This document shows positions 30,981 through 40,914 of a stretch of 64,000 nucleotides of DNA, piece by piece. Under the pieces are notes generated by a model, which worked only from the letters and a program-made list of their open reading frames with translations, did no database searches and was not told the DNA's origin. Position 1 is the first letter of the stretch; every line of letters begins with the position of its first letter. The translations under genes and the position numbers were made by a program. The stretch is from Treponema sp. (GTDB taxonomy: Bacteria > Spirochaetota > Spirochaetia > Treponematales > Treponemataceae), in NCBI GenBank assembly GCA_050873685.1, contig JBNMJH010000009.1, positions 43,591 to 107,590 of the forward strand, read 5' to 3'.

Positions 30981-33041
30981 TCAGTACGCAGTTCCAAGAC
31001 CGCCTTCCTTAACCTGGAAATGGCTGAATTCAAGGCTGAAGCTTGCCATTCCCTTTGTTGCGGAGCGAAGATTTGTTGTGAAGCCGAACATTTTCGCCAT
31101 CGGCGCCTGCGCGTGAATAATTTCCTCGCTTGACTTTGAATCCTGGCCAAGAATAATTCCGCCGCGCTGTGTCATCTGGCTCATCGCCTCGCCCACAAAT
31201 TCCTTCGGACAAGAAATATCAACGTTCATCACAGGCTCAAGAAGCTCCGGCTTAGCCTGGTTGCAAGCCTTGTCGAACGCCTGTGCCGCGCACGCTTCAA
31301 AAGCGAATGTAGAAGCTGTAAGCTCGTCGTAGTCAATGCCGGTAACAGTAACTGCAATATCAGCGCACGGATAACCGTAGTTGATTCCAGACTCAAGGCA
31401 TGATTTCAGCGCGTTTTCAACCGCCTCAAAGATTTCATCAGGAATTTCCTGCTTTCCGCGGACAGTGCATGAATAGCTGTTTCCAGAACCAGTTTCCCGT
31501 GGCTCAACTTTTAACGTGAGACCGGCTTTGTTTTCTTTTCCTGCAAGAACTTTTTCAAATGTCTCGGTAATTTCCGCGGCGGCAGTAACAGATTCCCGGT
31601 AAGTAACCTGAGGATTTCCAACGCGGCACTTCACGCCGAAATCATCTTTCATTCTTGTTACAAGAACATCAAGGTGAAGCTCGCCCATTCCGCTTATGAT
31701 AAGCTGACCGGTTTCCTCATCCTCGTGGTATGTGAATGTAGGATCTTCCTTTGAAAGAATCTCCAGAGTTTCATTCATTTTGTCGCGCTCGCTCATGCTT
31801 TCCGGTTCAAGGGCAACTGAAATTACCGGCTGAGGGAACACAGGTTTTTCAAGAAGAACCGGGAATCCTTCGCTTCCAATTGAATCGCCGGTCTGAGCAA
31901 GTTTCAAGCCTACAAAAACCGCGATGTCGCCGGCTTCAACGCTGTTCAACGCCTCGCTTTTATCCGCGTGCATACGTAGAATTCTGTTCACACGCTCGCG
32001 CTTTTTCTTGTTGATGTTAAGAATCTGGGTTCCAGAAGCAATTTTTCCAGAATACATTCTTACGTATGCCAAAGCACCCATTTCCTTGTCATACTGAATT
32101 TTAAATACAAGTCCAAGAGCAGGCTTCGCTGCGTCGCAAGGAACAGAAACTTCCTCTTCCTTGTCTTTCTTAACGTGAATTCCTTTTGCCGGCGGAATGT
32201 CCGTTGGGCAAGGCAAAAAGTCAATCACCGCGTCAATCAAAGGCTGAACGCCCTGGTTGTGGCGGCTCGAGCCAAGAACAACCGGAACAACAGCCCGGGA
32301 AATTGTAGCCGCGCGCAATGCTTTTTTCAGCTGGTCAACGGAAATTTCGCCGCCTTCAAGATAGATTTCAGCAAGAGAATCATCTGTTGAAGCAACCTGG
32401 TCTATAAGTTTTTCGCGCCATTTTTTCGCATCTTCAATCCGGTCTGGAGAAATATCGCTTTCAACAACTTTTTCGCCCTCATCGCCTTCAAAACGAAGCT
32501 CCTTCATTTTAAGAAGATCAATCAAGCCTTCAAAATCCTGTCCCTGGCCGATTGGAATCTGGAGGGCAACACATTCAACGCCGAACTTGTTCTGAACATC
32601 TTCAATCGAGCCGAAATAGTCCGCGCCGATTCTGTCCATTTTGTTCATATAAATAATGCGCGGAACGCTGAAAGAATCCGCCTGCTTCCATACAGTTTCT
32701 GTCTGCGGCTGAACACCGTCAACTGCGCAGATAACAGCAACCGCGCCGTCAAGAACACGCAGAGAGCGTTCAACTTCAGCTGTAAAATCCACGTGTCCCG
32801 GAGTGTCAATGATATTTATCTGATATTTGTTCCAGTAAGTTGTTGTAGCCGCGGAACAGATTGTGATTCCACGCTCCTGCTCCTGCTGCATCCAGTCCAT
32901 TGTAGCCTGACCATCATCAATTTCACCGATTTTATGAATTTTTCCAGTGTAATACAAAATTCGTTCAGTCGTTGTTGTTTTTCCAGCGTCAATATGAGCC
33001 ATAATTCCAATATTGCGCATTTTGCTTAGGTCAGTTGGCAT
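30981..33041 (-). CDS. fusA: elongation factor G paralog
   Basis: The G1 motif is NIGIMAHIDAGKTTTTERILYYTG, and DTPGHVDF and NKMD are present. The product is 686 aa. The gene lies outside a str operon, so it is probably the EF-G2-type paralog. Confidence 0.85.
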   Translation of the reverse strand: MPTDLSKMRNIGIMAHIDAGKTTTTERILYYTGKIHKIGEIDDGQATMDWMQQEQERGITICSAATTTYWNKYQINIIDTPGHVDFTAEVERSLRVLDGAVAVICAVDGVQPQTETVWKQADSFSVPRIIYMNKMDRIGADYFGSIEDVQNKFGVECVALQIPIGQGQDFEGLIDLLKMKELRFEGDEGEKVVESDISPDRIEDAKKWREKLIDQVASTDDSLAEIYLEGGEISVDQLKKALRAATISRAVVPVVLGSSRHNQGVQPLIDAVIDFLPCPTDIPPAKGIHVKKDKEEEVSVPCDAAKPALGLVFKIQYDKEMGALAYVRMYSGKIASGTQILNINKKKRERVNRILRMHADKSEALNSVEAGDIAVFVGLKLAQTGDSIGSEGFPVLLEKPVFPQPVISVALEPESMSERDKMNETLEILSKEDPTFTYHEDEETGQLIISGMGELHLDVLVTRMKDDFGVKCRVGNPQVTYRESVTAAAEITETFEKVLAGKENKAGLTLKVEPRETGSGNSYSCTVRGKQEIPDEIFEAVENALKSCLESGINYGYPCADIAVTVTGIDYDELTASTFAFEACAAQAFDKACNQAKPELLEPVMNVDISCPKEFVGEAMSQMTQRGGIILGQDSKSSEEIIHAQAPMAKMFGFTTNLRSATKGMASFSLEFSHFQVKEGGLGTAY

Positions 33042-33101
33042 TTTCTTTTCCTTAAAAATAATATAAATCTTTTCCTGATATTTTAACGAAATACAAAAGT
33101 T

Positions 33102-33815
33102 CTAACAATCCCACCAGGAAGCAGCTGTTTCATCCGCAAGCTGAATCAGAACCACCAGCGGATTCTGAAGAAAGTTCGAGTAATTCATTTTTTCAGTGTC
33201 TGTAACATCGCTGAATCCCATGTGACGGCTGACCGCCTCCAAAACCGTGCGCCGCTTTACAAACGAAGGCATAGACTCCAGCAAATCCAGAACGGACTCA
33301 TTTCCGTGCCCAAGGTTCCGGGAATCTTCCCGCGTCTTGTAGAATGACTTTTTCACCCAGTTTCCCATAAAATCCTTCGTGTTTCTGTATTCGGTCGTGT
33401 AGCTTCCAGCCTTGCAGAAATCGTGTGCAATTCCGGCAACAACAATATCTTCTGCGGTAATTTCAAATTTTCCAGAAAGCCCGAGCGGCGTGTTATAGAA
33501 ATTTTCAAGAAGCGGGCGGGCAAATTTCAGCGCCTGAACAGTAACCATCAGGGAATGCACGCAAAGCCCCGACTCCCAGTTTCCGTGAAAACGTGTGCTT
33601 GCCGGCGACTTCCAGAAATCATGGGCATCCATCCATTTTTTCAAGTCTTCCTCTTCATCCGCATTTGAAAGAACTTTTCCAAGCATTTCATAGTAAGTTT
33701 TTTTCACGGCTTCCAAATCGAATTTTCTGTCCGCCGAGACAGGATTATTTTTTTCAAAAATCGAAATCAGCTCTTCAATTTTCGCATATTCTTCTTCTTT
33801 TTTTTGGCTATCCAT
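33102..33815 (-). CDS. HD-domain phosphohydrolase-family protein
   Basis: It has FHGNWESGLCVHSL ... GIAHDFCK (H...HD pattern). I set the start at the internal ATG 33815 (MDSQKKEEE). Confidence 0.6.
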   Translation of the reverse strand: MDSQKKEEEYAKIEELISIFEKNNPVSADRKFDLEAVKKTYYEMLGKVLSNADEEEDLKKWMDAHDFWKSPASTRFHGNWESGLCVHSLMVTVQALKFARPLLENFYNTPLGLSGKFEITAEDIVVAGIAHDFCKAGSYTTEYRNTKDFMGNWVKKSFYKTREDSRNLGHGNESVLDLLESMPSFVKRRTVLEAVSRHMGFSDVTDTEKMNYSNFLQNPLVVLIQLADETAASWWDC

Positions 33816-33851
33816 ATTCAATTCCTTTCTGATAAACACTATAATAAAAAT

Positions 33852-34502
33852 ATGGAAACTGCACAAATAAAAGCTGTTATTTTTGACATGGACGGAGTTC
33901 TTCTTGACACGGAAACGATAAGCTGGAAAACATGGGAAATCGCCGCGGAAGAATTCGGAATGAAGAACATTTCCAGCGCAAACGCGCGCTGCATGGGCGC
34001 AAACCGGGCAGACACCTATGCGCTTTTACGGAATATCTACGGAAAAGATTTTCCAAGCGAAAAATTCATCGACCGCACATCCGAGCTTTTCACGCAAATT
34101 TCCGAACGCGACGGAATTCCTTTAATGCCAGGCGCAAAGGAAGCGCTGGACTATCTGAGCAAAAAATATACAGTTGCGCTGGCTTCATCCACAAGAAATT
34201 CAGTTGTGCAGAAACAATTGAAAGCCGCCGGGATTTTCAGCTATTTCAAGACAATAACAACCGGCGACATGGTCGAACATTCAAAGCCGAATCCTGAAAT
34301 TTATCTTAAGGCGCTTGAATCAATAAACGAGGCCGCAGAAAACGCCGTGGCAATAGAAGACAGCCCGAACGGCGTAAACAGCGCAGTGAACGCAAAAATC
34401 CGCACAATAATGGTTCCAGACAAAATTCAGCCGGATGAAAAACTAAAAGCCATAAGCTGGAAAATTCTTTCCAGCCTTACGGAAATTGAAACAATTCTCT
34501 AG
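33852..34502 (+). CDS. HAD-IA family hydrolase (beta-phosphoglucomutase-like)
   Basis: Motif I is AVIFDMDGVLLDTE, motif II is LASST, and the KPNPEIY...EDSPNG motifs are present. I set the start at ATG 33852. Confidence 0.8.
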   Translation: METAQIKAVIFDMDGVLLDTETISWKTWEIAAEEFGMKNISSANARCMGANRADTYALLRNIYGKDFPSEKFIDRTSELFTQISERDGIPLMPGAKEALDYLSKKYTVALASSTRNSVVQKQLKAAGIFSYFKTITTGDMVEHSKPNPEIYLKALESINEAAENAVAIEDSPNGVNSAVNAKIRTIMVPDKIQPDEKLKAISWKILSSLTEIETIL

Positions 34503-34516
34503 GAAACAGCCGCTTT

Positions 34517-37348
34517 CTATTTCTGCAGAAGCGTGAAAGTTCCTTTGATTTCCTTTTCAGTTCCAATCCAGGACTTATCCATGTCTGAAGGATTTTCCGC
34601 ATTGAAGGCTACGCCAAAATCATCCTGCAAAGTAGGAATTTTTCCCTGCACAAAGAATTTTTCCAGAAGAGAAATATAATACGCACAGGTTTTGTCTTCC
34701 GGCTGAACAAGCTGAAGTTTTTTGAACATATTCAGGGCGGAAGAATAATTTCCCGCCTCAAAAATCTTCATAGTCTGCTCCCAGAGCCTTATATATGAAA
34801 GGAATTTTTCGTCCGCATCAGACTTGAAAGCAAGAAGCTCGTAAAGCCGGATTGGAGTTTTAACATTCACAACCTGAACGCGGTCAAGGCTGCGCACAAC
34901 AAATTCCTCGCCGAGCATTTTGCGGGTCGCCTCGCTCATCAGAATTCCGCCGGTAGAATACTGCTTGTTCACGCCTTCAAGGCGGCTCGCAAGATTCACG
35001 TTGTTTCCCATGACAGTATAGTTTTTCTTGTTGTCGCTTCCCATAAAGCCTGCGACAATTTCCCCGGAATTCAGGCCGATGCGCGTAAAAATTTTCCTGC
35101 CGTTCTGAACCATAATCTTAAACGCGGAAAAAAGCTCGGCCGGAACAGAATCAGGTTTTTCCTCAAGCGCCGCAATTTCCAGGATTTCCTTGTTTATAGC
35201 CGCTTCCGCTTTTTTCATTTTCAAGGCAGCAGCGCAGGCCCGCTTCGCATGGTCTTTCATCGCAACCGGCGCGCCTACAAACGCAACAATCGCATCGCCT
35301 TCGTACTTGTCAACAGTTCCATGCTCCTCGATTATAATATCGCTCATTTTTGTAAGGTAATAATTCAAAAGGGCGACAAGCTCGCCGGCGGTCAGAAGCT
35401 CTGAAAATCCGGAAAATTTCTGAATATCAGTGAAAATCGCCGTCATATCATAGTTTTTTCCGCCAAGAACCAGCTTCGATGGATCTTTTATAATTTCCTG
35501 AACAACATCCTTTGAAAGGCACTGGCTGAACGCGTCCGTGATAAACCTCCGGTCTTTTTCAGAAGAACGGAAACGAATGAACGTTACAAGAACAAACGAA
35601 AGCACAGAAATCAAAACCGGAGAAGCAAGAGGAACGTAAATTCTGAAGAAATGCATCAGCAGAACCGGAACCGCAACAACAACCAGCAGAAGTCCGCATC
35701 CAAAAAGGCTCTGCACAACAACTTTGCGCTCAGAATGAAAGGCGAACGCAAAAAACGAAAGGACGGCAGCCCCAAAAGCCGCCAGAAGCCAGCCGACAGG
35801 CGTCACAAATTCTTCCGTCATAATTGTGTTGTAGACATTCGCGTGCGTTCCAACGTTCGGGTAGGAATTCTGGAACGGCGTTGAGCCCAAATCTGTTGTT
35901 CCGCTTCCAGTATTTCCGATTATGCAGAATTTTCCTTCAAAAAGATTCTGCATTTCCGGGAAATATTCAGTAAAAACGCTTACGTTGTCAAAAAAATATT
36001 CCGCTTCAGAATAAATTTCCGGGAAAGCCCGGACTGCATCCTCAAAATTTCTTCCGCGCACAAAACGGGCAAGATTTTCAAAATATTTCTGCCGCGCCTC
36101 AAAATACTCCGCAAAAACCTCGTCGCTCACACCGCCATGCAAGGCATTTCCGTCCGCATCAAAACCGTTCATGCAGCTTAAAATATATTCCTTGAATTCC
36201 GCAATTTCTTCAGCCTCATTCAAAAGCGAATTAACTTCAAAAGCCGCCGAACCAGTTTCCTCAGGATTAAAATCCGCCTTCAAAAAGGTGAAAAAATATT
36301 CAAGCGATGAGCGGAACGTTTTTTCCGTCTGCGACATAAACCAAAGATTGTAAACCGAGCAGTGGCTGAACGAAGTGTTTTCCGCATCCGGGATTTCCTC
36401 GTAGCCGCCGTTTGAGTTCTGAATAGTTTTTGTCGCCGCAAAAGGCTTTTTCAGCCAGTTGATAAGCATTGCGCCGTGGCTGTCAACCGGAATTTTTATC
36501 GTCTTAAGCTTTTGCTGTCCGTCAGAATCCGTGTATGTGCAGTTTTCCAGAACAACAGAATGTTTCAGGACTTTGATTTTTTCAGGATTCAGAATTTTCA
36601 GAGCCGGAGCGAACGAAAGCTGAGCCAGAACTCCGTCATCATATTTTATAAGAAGCGGAAGCCGTCTGCGCACGCCGTCAGAGTCAATCCGAACGTTTGT
36701 AAAACCTGCGCCGGCCGCATGAGACATAAAAATATCCAGTGCCGGAGAAAAATCCGAGTAGCTTCGGGTGCAGTTTTCCTTTTCCAGGAAATTTTTCTCA
36801 TCCTCCGCCTGATAAAGAAAACGCTTTTTCGCATAATCAAGCTCGTTTTCTTCATATTCAATCGCAAGATTCGCGGAATTTATTGTAAGCCAAGTGTTTC
36901 CGAAAAACTGAACCGCTCGCGAAAAATAATCGTCGTTGTCTAAAAAAAGATTCTTGATGTCCTGCGCATTTTCCGCCGGATTTTCAAGAATTTTATCATA
37001 GACTGAATAATCCACGGATTTTTCCGATTTTGAAAGATACTCAATATCGAAAACGGCAGTTTTTGCCCCGAATTCACGCATATAAAGCAGCGAATCAGCG
37101 ATTTTGTCCCGCGGCCAGGGCCATGCGCCCATCTGCTCCAGCGAAACATCGTCAATGTCAACAAGAAGAATTTCTTCCCGCTCAGCAGGAGCTTTCTTGA
37201 ATCCAAGCAGAATATCGTAGAATTTGTATTCAAACTTTTCAAAAATTCCTGCGAACGTCAGAAGCGAAACAAAAGCAAAAACTGCGGAAACAACCGCGAA
37301 ACTCAAGAATTTTGCGCTTTTCTTTATTTTCTTATGTTTTTTTTTCAT
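34517..37348 (-). CDS. CHASE2-sensor class III adenylate/guanylate cyclase with C-terminal TPR-like region
   Basis: It has an N-terminal TM segment, a large extracytoplasmic region and a TM cluster. The cyclase core reads MTAIFTDIQKFSGFSE...KYEGDAIVAFVGAP...RIGLNSGEIVAGFMGS...YTVMGNNVNLASRLEG. Confidence 0.8.
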   Translation of the reverse strand: MKKKHKKIKKSAKFLSFAVVSAVFAFVSLLTFAGIFEKFEYKFYDILLGFKKAPAEREEILLVDIDDVSLEQMGAWPWPRDKIADSLLYMREFGAKTAVFDIEYLSKSEKSVDYSVYDKILENPAENAQDIKNLFLDNDDYFSRAVQFFGNTWLTINSANLAIEYEENELDYAKKRFLYQAEDEKNFLEKENCTRSYSDFSPALDIFMSHAAGAGFTNVRIDSDGVRRRLPLLIKYDDGVLAQLSFAPALKILNPEKIKVLKHSVVLENCTYTDSDGQQKLKTIKIPVDSHGAMLINWLKKPFAATKTIQNSNGGYEEIPDAENTSFSHCSVYNLWFMSQTEKTFRSSLEYFFTFLKADFNPEETGSAAFEVNSLLNEAEEIAEFKEYILSCMNGFDADGNALHGGVSDEVFAEYFEARQKYFENLARFVRGRNFEDAVRAFPEIYSEAEYFFDNVSVFTEYFPEMQNLFEGKFCIIGNTGSGTTDLGSTPFQNSYPNVGTHANVYNTIMTEEFVTPVGWLLAAFGAAVLSFFAFAFHSERKVVVQSLFGCGLLLVVVAVPVLLMHFFRIYVPLASPVLISVLSFVLVTFIRFRSSEKDRRFITDAFSQCLSKDVVQEIIKDPSKLVLGGKNYDMTAIFTDIQKFSGFSELLTAGELVALLNYYLTKMSDIIIEEHGTVDKYEGDAIVAFVGAPVAMKDHAKRACAAALKMKKAEAAINKEILEIAALEEKPDSVPAELFSAFKIMVQNGRKIFTRIGLNSGEIVAGFMGSDNKKNYTVMGNNVNLASRLEGVNKQYSTGGILMSEATRKMLGEEFVVRSLDRVQVVNVKTPIRLYELLAFKSDADEKFLSYIRLWEQTMKIFEAGNYSSALNMFKKLQLVQPEDKTCAYYISLLEKFFVQGKIPTLQDDFGVAFNAENPSDMDKSWIGTEKEIKGTFTLLQK

Positions 37349-37354
37349 ATTTTA

Positions 37355-38167
37355 TCAGTTTGCGGAAATTGTAACCGTCAGAGAAGAGCTTTCCGGCTCA
37401 GAAACAGTCGGCTTCACAACCAGCGTTGAAGAAACATCGTCCGGAACAGAAGGATTTACCACAAGTGAAGAAGTTCCGGAAGGAGCCGCCGCAATGCTAG
37501 GCATTGAATAAGCCTCAGCCGCAGCCTCGTTTCTTAGGGAAGACGCGCCCCAGGAAGTAACGGACGTTGACTGGCCGCGTTTTACAAAAACAGCACCGTG
37601 CGGAGCATTCTCAAAAGCCAAGGCGTCAGCATTTTCCTCTGAGCCATCGCCGTCCGCGCTTTCAGAATCTTCGGCAACGCTTACAGAATTTTTTCCGTTC
37701 CATACGGCAACAGAACCCTGGGTTGTATCAACTTTCACAGAATCAAAATTGTTCTGCACAGAAAATTCAGTTCCACGCACAGAAGCGGTTGCAACCGGAG
37801 TTCGTACGGTGAATCCAATTTTTTTCAGTCCGGATTTTTTTACGCTTGAAGAAACTCCGCCCGCATCAACAAAAAGACGCACATTGTCTTTTCCGGAATT
37901 TTCCGCGAGCTGCTCAACCGTCATTCTTGTAAGAGCCGCCACATCAACTGTGGAATCTTTTATTTTCAACGTGAGGGAACTTTTAAATCCAGTCTGAACC
38001 ATATCGCCGTTCTTCAATGTGTCGCCAACAGCAAGCGGCTTCCAGCTTCCGCCGGACAAAACCTCGGCCTTGCCGGAAAAAGCTGAAACCTGTGCTGAAA
38101 AATCCTTCGCAAGCAGCACAGAAACCGAGCAGAACAGAAACAAAACAAAAGCAACAATTTTTTTCAT
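37355..38167 (-). CDS. FecR-domain exported protein
   Basis: It has a signal peptide, GDTLKNGDMVQTGFKSSLTL and TVRTPVATASVRGTEFSV, which is the FecR pattern. Confidence 0.75.
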   Translation of the reverse strand: MKKIVAFVLFLFCSVSVLLAKDFSAQVSAFSGKAEVLSGGSWKPLAVGDTLKNGDMVQTGFKSSLTLKIKDSTVDVAALTRMTVEQLAENSGKDNVRLFVDAGGVSSSVKKSGLKKIGFTVRTPVATASVRGTEFSVQNNFDSVKVDTTQGSVAVWNGKNSVSVAEDSESADGDGSEENADALAFENAPHGAVFVKRGQSTSVTSWGASSLRNEAAAEAYSMPSIAAAPSGTSSLVVNPSVPDDVSSTLVVKPTVSEPESSSLTVTISAN

Positions 38168-38178
38168 AATTCACTCCC

Positions 38179-39441
38179 TTAAAAAGCCAGAACGGCCTTT
38201 AAATCAAAGCAAGTTTTCTTTATGTTTTCCGAATTATCCTTATCAATGAACTGTCTTGCTGAAAAACCTAGCTGAAAATCACTTTTAACCTGAAAAACCG
38301 CGCCCAGCGAATACTGAAATCCGAAATATTCAACATCTTCCTTTTTATCGCCGGCAGCCGCATTGAAAACAACATCAGAGCCAGCAGAAAAAAGCAGCGT
38401 TTCAAAAGGCTTGTACGAGCACGAAAGTCCAGTCTTCAAGATTCCTGAATACAAAAATTTCTGCGCTGAACAAGTTGAGACATTTTTTGTAAATCCTGCA
38501 AAAGCTGAAAGCCCGCCCTGCTCGCCGGAAGCATAAAGCGCATCCGCACAGAACGAAAAATTCTTCAGATAATATTCAAGCTGGATTTCAGAAAGATTTG
38601 AAATTTTCACTTTGCCATCGTAATCCACAAATCCTAAAGTTGACGAAACGTCATAAAAAAATGATGAAGCGACCGGTCCTTCCATGCTGAGCGTTGCATA
38701 CATCCGGTTGAAATCATCGCCTTCAAGCCGGAAAGCCGCCAGAAATTCAGCGGAAAGCGTCTGTCCCGCAAAAAGATTCGGAAAACTCAGCGCCAAGTCA
38801 GCAGCCAGATATTTTTCCGCAAAATCATAAATTTTGTCGTAATCCGCATTGAACGAATACAAGCCGTTTTCAATGCCTGGAGTTTCGTTTCCAGAATTTC
38901 CCGCGCTGTACAAAAAAGTTGAAGGCGCGCTCGTAATCATTTCCGTGTTCAAGGCGTTCAGAAGCCCTGTGTACGAAGCGTAGGCAGAAAATTTTAGCCA
39001 GCGGTTTTTCAGGCCGAACATAAGACCGTCGGCATTCTGGGAAAAAATCTTTCCGGTCAAATCTGAAAAATAAAAACGCCCTGCCTGAAGCCCCAAAGTT
39101 GAGGAAGAAATTTCCCTTGAAAACGAAAGCTCAAAAAGGTTGAAATCAAGGGCATTCTTATAATTTTCATTCTGCAGGTCCGCCTCAAAGTTGTAGACAA
39201 ACTCCGCCGCAAAATGGTTTTCCCCGGATTTTTCAAAAGGCGCGCGCACCCAGACCGAAGCGGAATTCTTCTGGTTCAGCTTGAAATCGTTTTTTCCGCA
39301 GTCCTCAAGCGCGGAATCATTTTTTACAAGAGCGCCAAAATCGAACGCGAAACAGCTGAATCCTGAAGCCAGAGCGAAGAACGCAAAAACCACGCGGCGG
39401 AACTTTTTTGCAAAACCAGCATTTTTTTCAATCATTTTCAT
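38179..39441 (-). CDS. putative outer-membrane beta-barrel protein
   Basis: It has a signal peptide, alternating-strand patterns throughout, and a C-terminal KAVLAF (terminal aromatic residue). Confidence 0.5.
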   Translation of the reverse strand: MKMIEKNAGFAKKFRRVVFAFFALASGFSCFAFDFGALVKNDSALEDCGKNDFKLNQKNSASVWVRAPFEKSGENHFAAEFVYNFEADLQNENYKNALDFNLFELSFSREISSSTLGLQAGRFYFSDLTGKIFSQNADGLMFGLKNRWLKFSAYASYTGLLNALNTEMITSAPSTFLYSAGNSGNETPGIENGLYSFNADYDKIYDFAEKYLAADLALSFPNLFAGQTLSAEFLAAFRLEGDDFNRMYATLSMEGPVASSFFYDVSSTLGFVDYDGKVKISNLSEIQLEYYLKNFSFCADALYASGEQGGLSAFAGFTKNVSTCSAQKFLYSGILKTGLSCSYKPFETLLFSAGSDVVFNAAAGDKKEDVEYFGFQYSLGAVFQVKSDFQLGFSARQFIDKDNSENIKKTCFDLKAVLAF

Positions 39442-39893
39442 TTTGTTTTTCCTTTCTGTTCAAAACCATTCAAAAGCGCAAGAAATTCCCTGCCGGAAAC
39501 TTTCTGCATTGGATCAGAATTTTCCGGAATAATTTTCAGCGCCTTGAATTCCCTGAACGCATAACGCTCCGAGCCAAAAATTGAATAAAAAATTCCGCCT
39601 TTCATATTTGAAGCGCGGGCAACCAGGAAGCAAGCCTTTGAAAGAGCAATTTTTTCAGCTGGATTTTCCGCGCCGCCAAAAAACTGCTTTTCAGCAAGAA
39701 CAGAAAAAGCCTCGTCTTCCGGAACATTTTCCTGTGCAAAATTCTGGGAAACGCAGACAAAATAAGCCGCCTGCCCTTTTGAAATTTCTTCGGTATTCAA
39801 AAGCTCTGAAATTTTTTCAGAATTCTGGCAGAAACCTGCAAAACTGAAAACCGCAAAAATCAAAGCAAAAACAAGTTTTTTACGCATCCACAT
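39438..39893 (-). CDS. exported hypothetical protein
   Basis: It has a signal peptide (MRKKLVFALIFAVFSFAGFC) and a 4-nt overlap with the downstream gene. Confidence 0.5.
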   Translation of the reverse strand: MWMRKKLVFALIFAVFSFAGFCQNSEKISELLNTEEISKGQAAYFVCVSQNFAQENVPEDEAFSVLAEKQFFGGAENPAEKIALSKACFLVARASNMKGGIFYSIFGSERYAFREFKALKIIPENSDPMQKVSGREFLALLNGFEQKGKTK

Positions 39894-40887
39894 TCTCCAT
39901 AAGTTTTTTTATATTTTCAATCATATTTTTTCCCCACCAGTCGCAAAGCTCGTTGTAAGCGGCGGATTTTAACTCAGGCTGAACGGATTTTTCCAGCTGA
40001 TACAAATTGTTCGCCGCGTAAGAACGGCAAATTTCATTCAGCTTTTCCGTTTCCTGCTCAGAAAGAAGAATTCCTCCGTCCTGAACTTCATTCAGCAGAA
40101 CCGTAAAAACCGATGCCGCCGAGCAAATCTTTTTCCATTCCTCCATGGAAGAAATTTTTCGGCCGGAAGACATTCCTGTGTTCACAAAATAATTGTAAAC
40201 GAAACTTTCAATTCCTGCATATTTTTCTGCAAAAAATGAAATTAAAAAATAAGTCAGAAAATCTTCGCCCATGCAGCAGTAAACCGGCGGAATTTTCTCA
40301 AAAGCCTTGATGCAAAGTCCGCGGGCAAAAATCTTTCCCCACAAAAAGCCGGAATGGTTCGATTCAACCAAAAATCCGCTGAAAATTTGCCGGCCGGCCA
40401 GTTCTCCCGGAAAGAATTTGTCAAGTTTCTTTTGCGCCTCGGAAGAAACCTGGCTGGAGGCGGAGCCCCTGCGGCTGACCGAAGCCCTTCCCTGCACAAT
40501 GTCCGCGCCGGTTTTTATGGCGTTTTCGTAAAGCGCTTTTACCGCGCCCGGAAGAAGCACGTCGTCGCTGTCCAGAAACATTACAAAATCGCCTTCCGAT
40601 TCATACAGCGCGGAGCGTCTGGCTTCCACGAGCCCCTTGTTTTTTTCATGCCTTATGAATTTTGCGGCGATTTTTTCCTTTTTGTGTTTTCTGCAGAAAT
40701 CCTTCAGAATTTTCTTTGCCGAAACAGAACTGCCTTTCCTTTTTGAAAAACCATTGTCGTCAACAACAACAACTTCCAGCCCGCCGAACGCCTGCAAAGC
40801 AACGCTTTCAAGACATTCAGGCAGAAACTCCTCCGTTCCGCAGACAGGGATACACACCGAAACTTTAATTTTTCTGGCATTGAACAT
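39880..40887 (-). CDS. family 2 glycosyltransferase
   Basis: VSVCIPVCGTEEFLPECLESVALQ...EVVVVDDNG and FLDSDD (DxD) are present. Confidence 0.8.
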   Translation of the reverse strand: MFNARKIKVSVCIPVCGTEEFLPECLESVALQAFGGLEVVVVDDNGFSKRKGSSVSAKKILKDFCRKHKKEKIAAKFIRHEKNKGLVEARRSALYESEGDFVMFLDSDDVLLPGAVKALYENAIKTGADIVQGRASVSRRGSASSQVSSEAQKKLDKFFPGELAGRQIFSGFLVESNHSGFLWGKIFARGLCIKAFEKIPPVYCCMGEDFLTYFLISFFAEKYAGIESFVYNYFVNTGMSSGRKISSMEEWKKICSAASVFTVLLNEVQDGGILLSEQETEKLNEICRSYAANNLYQLEKSVQPELKSAAYNELCDWWGKNMIENIKKLMENVDA

Positions 40888-40914
40888 AGGCTGTATTCCT
40901 AGAGCGGATTAATA

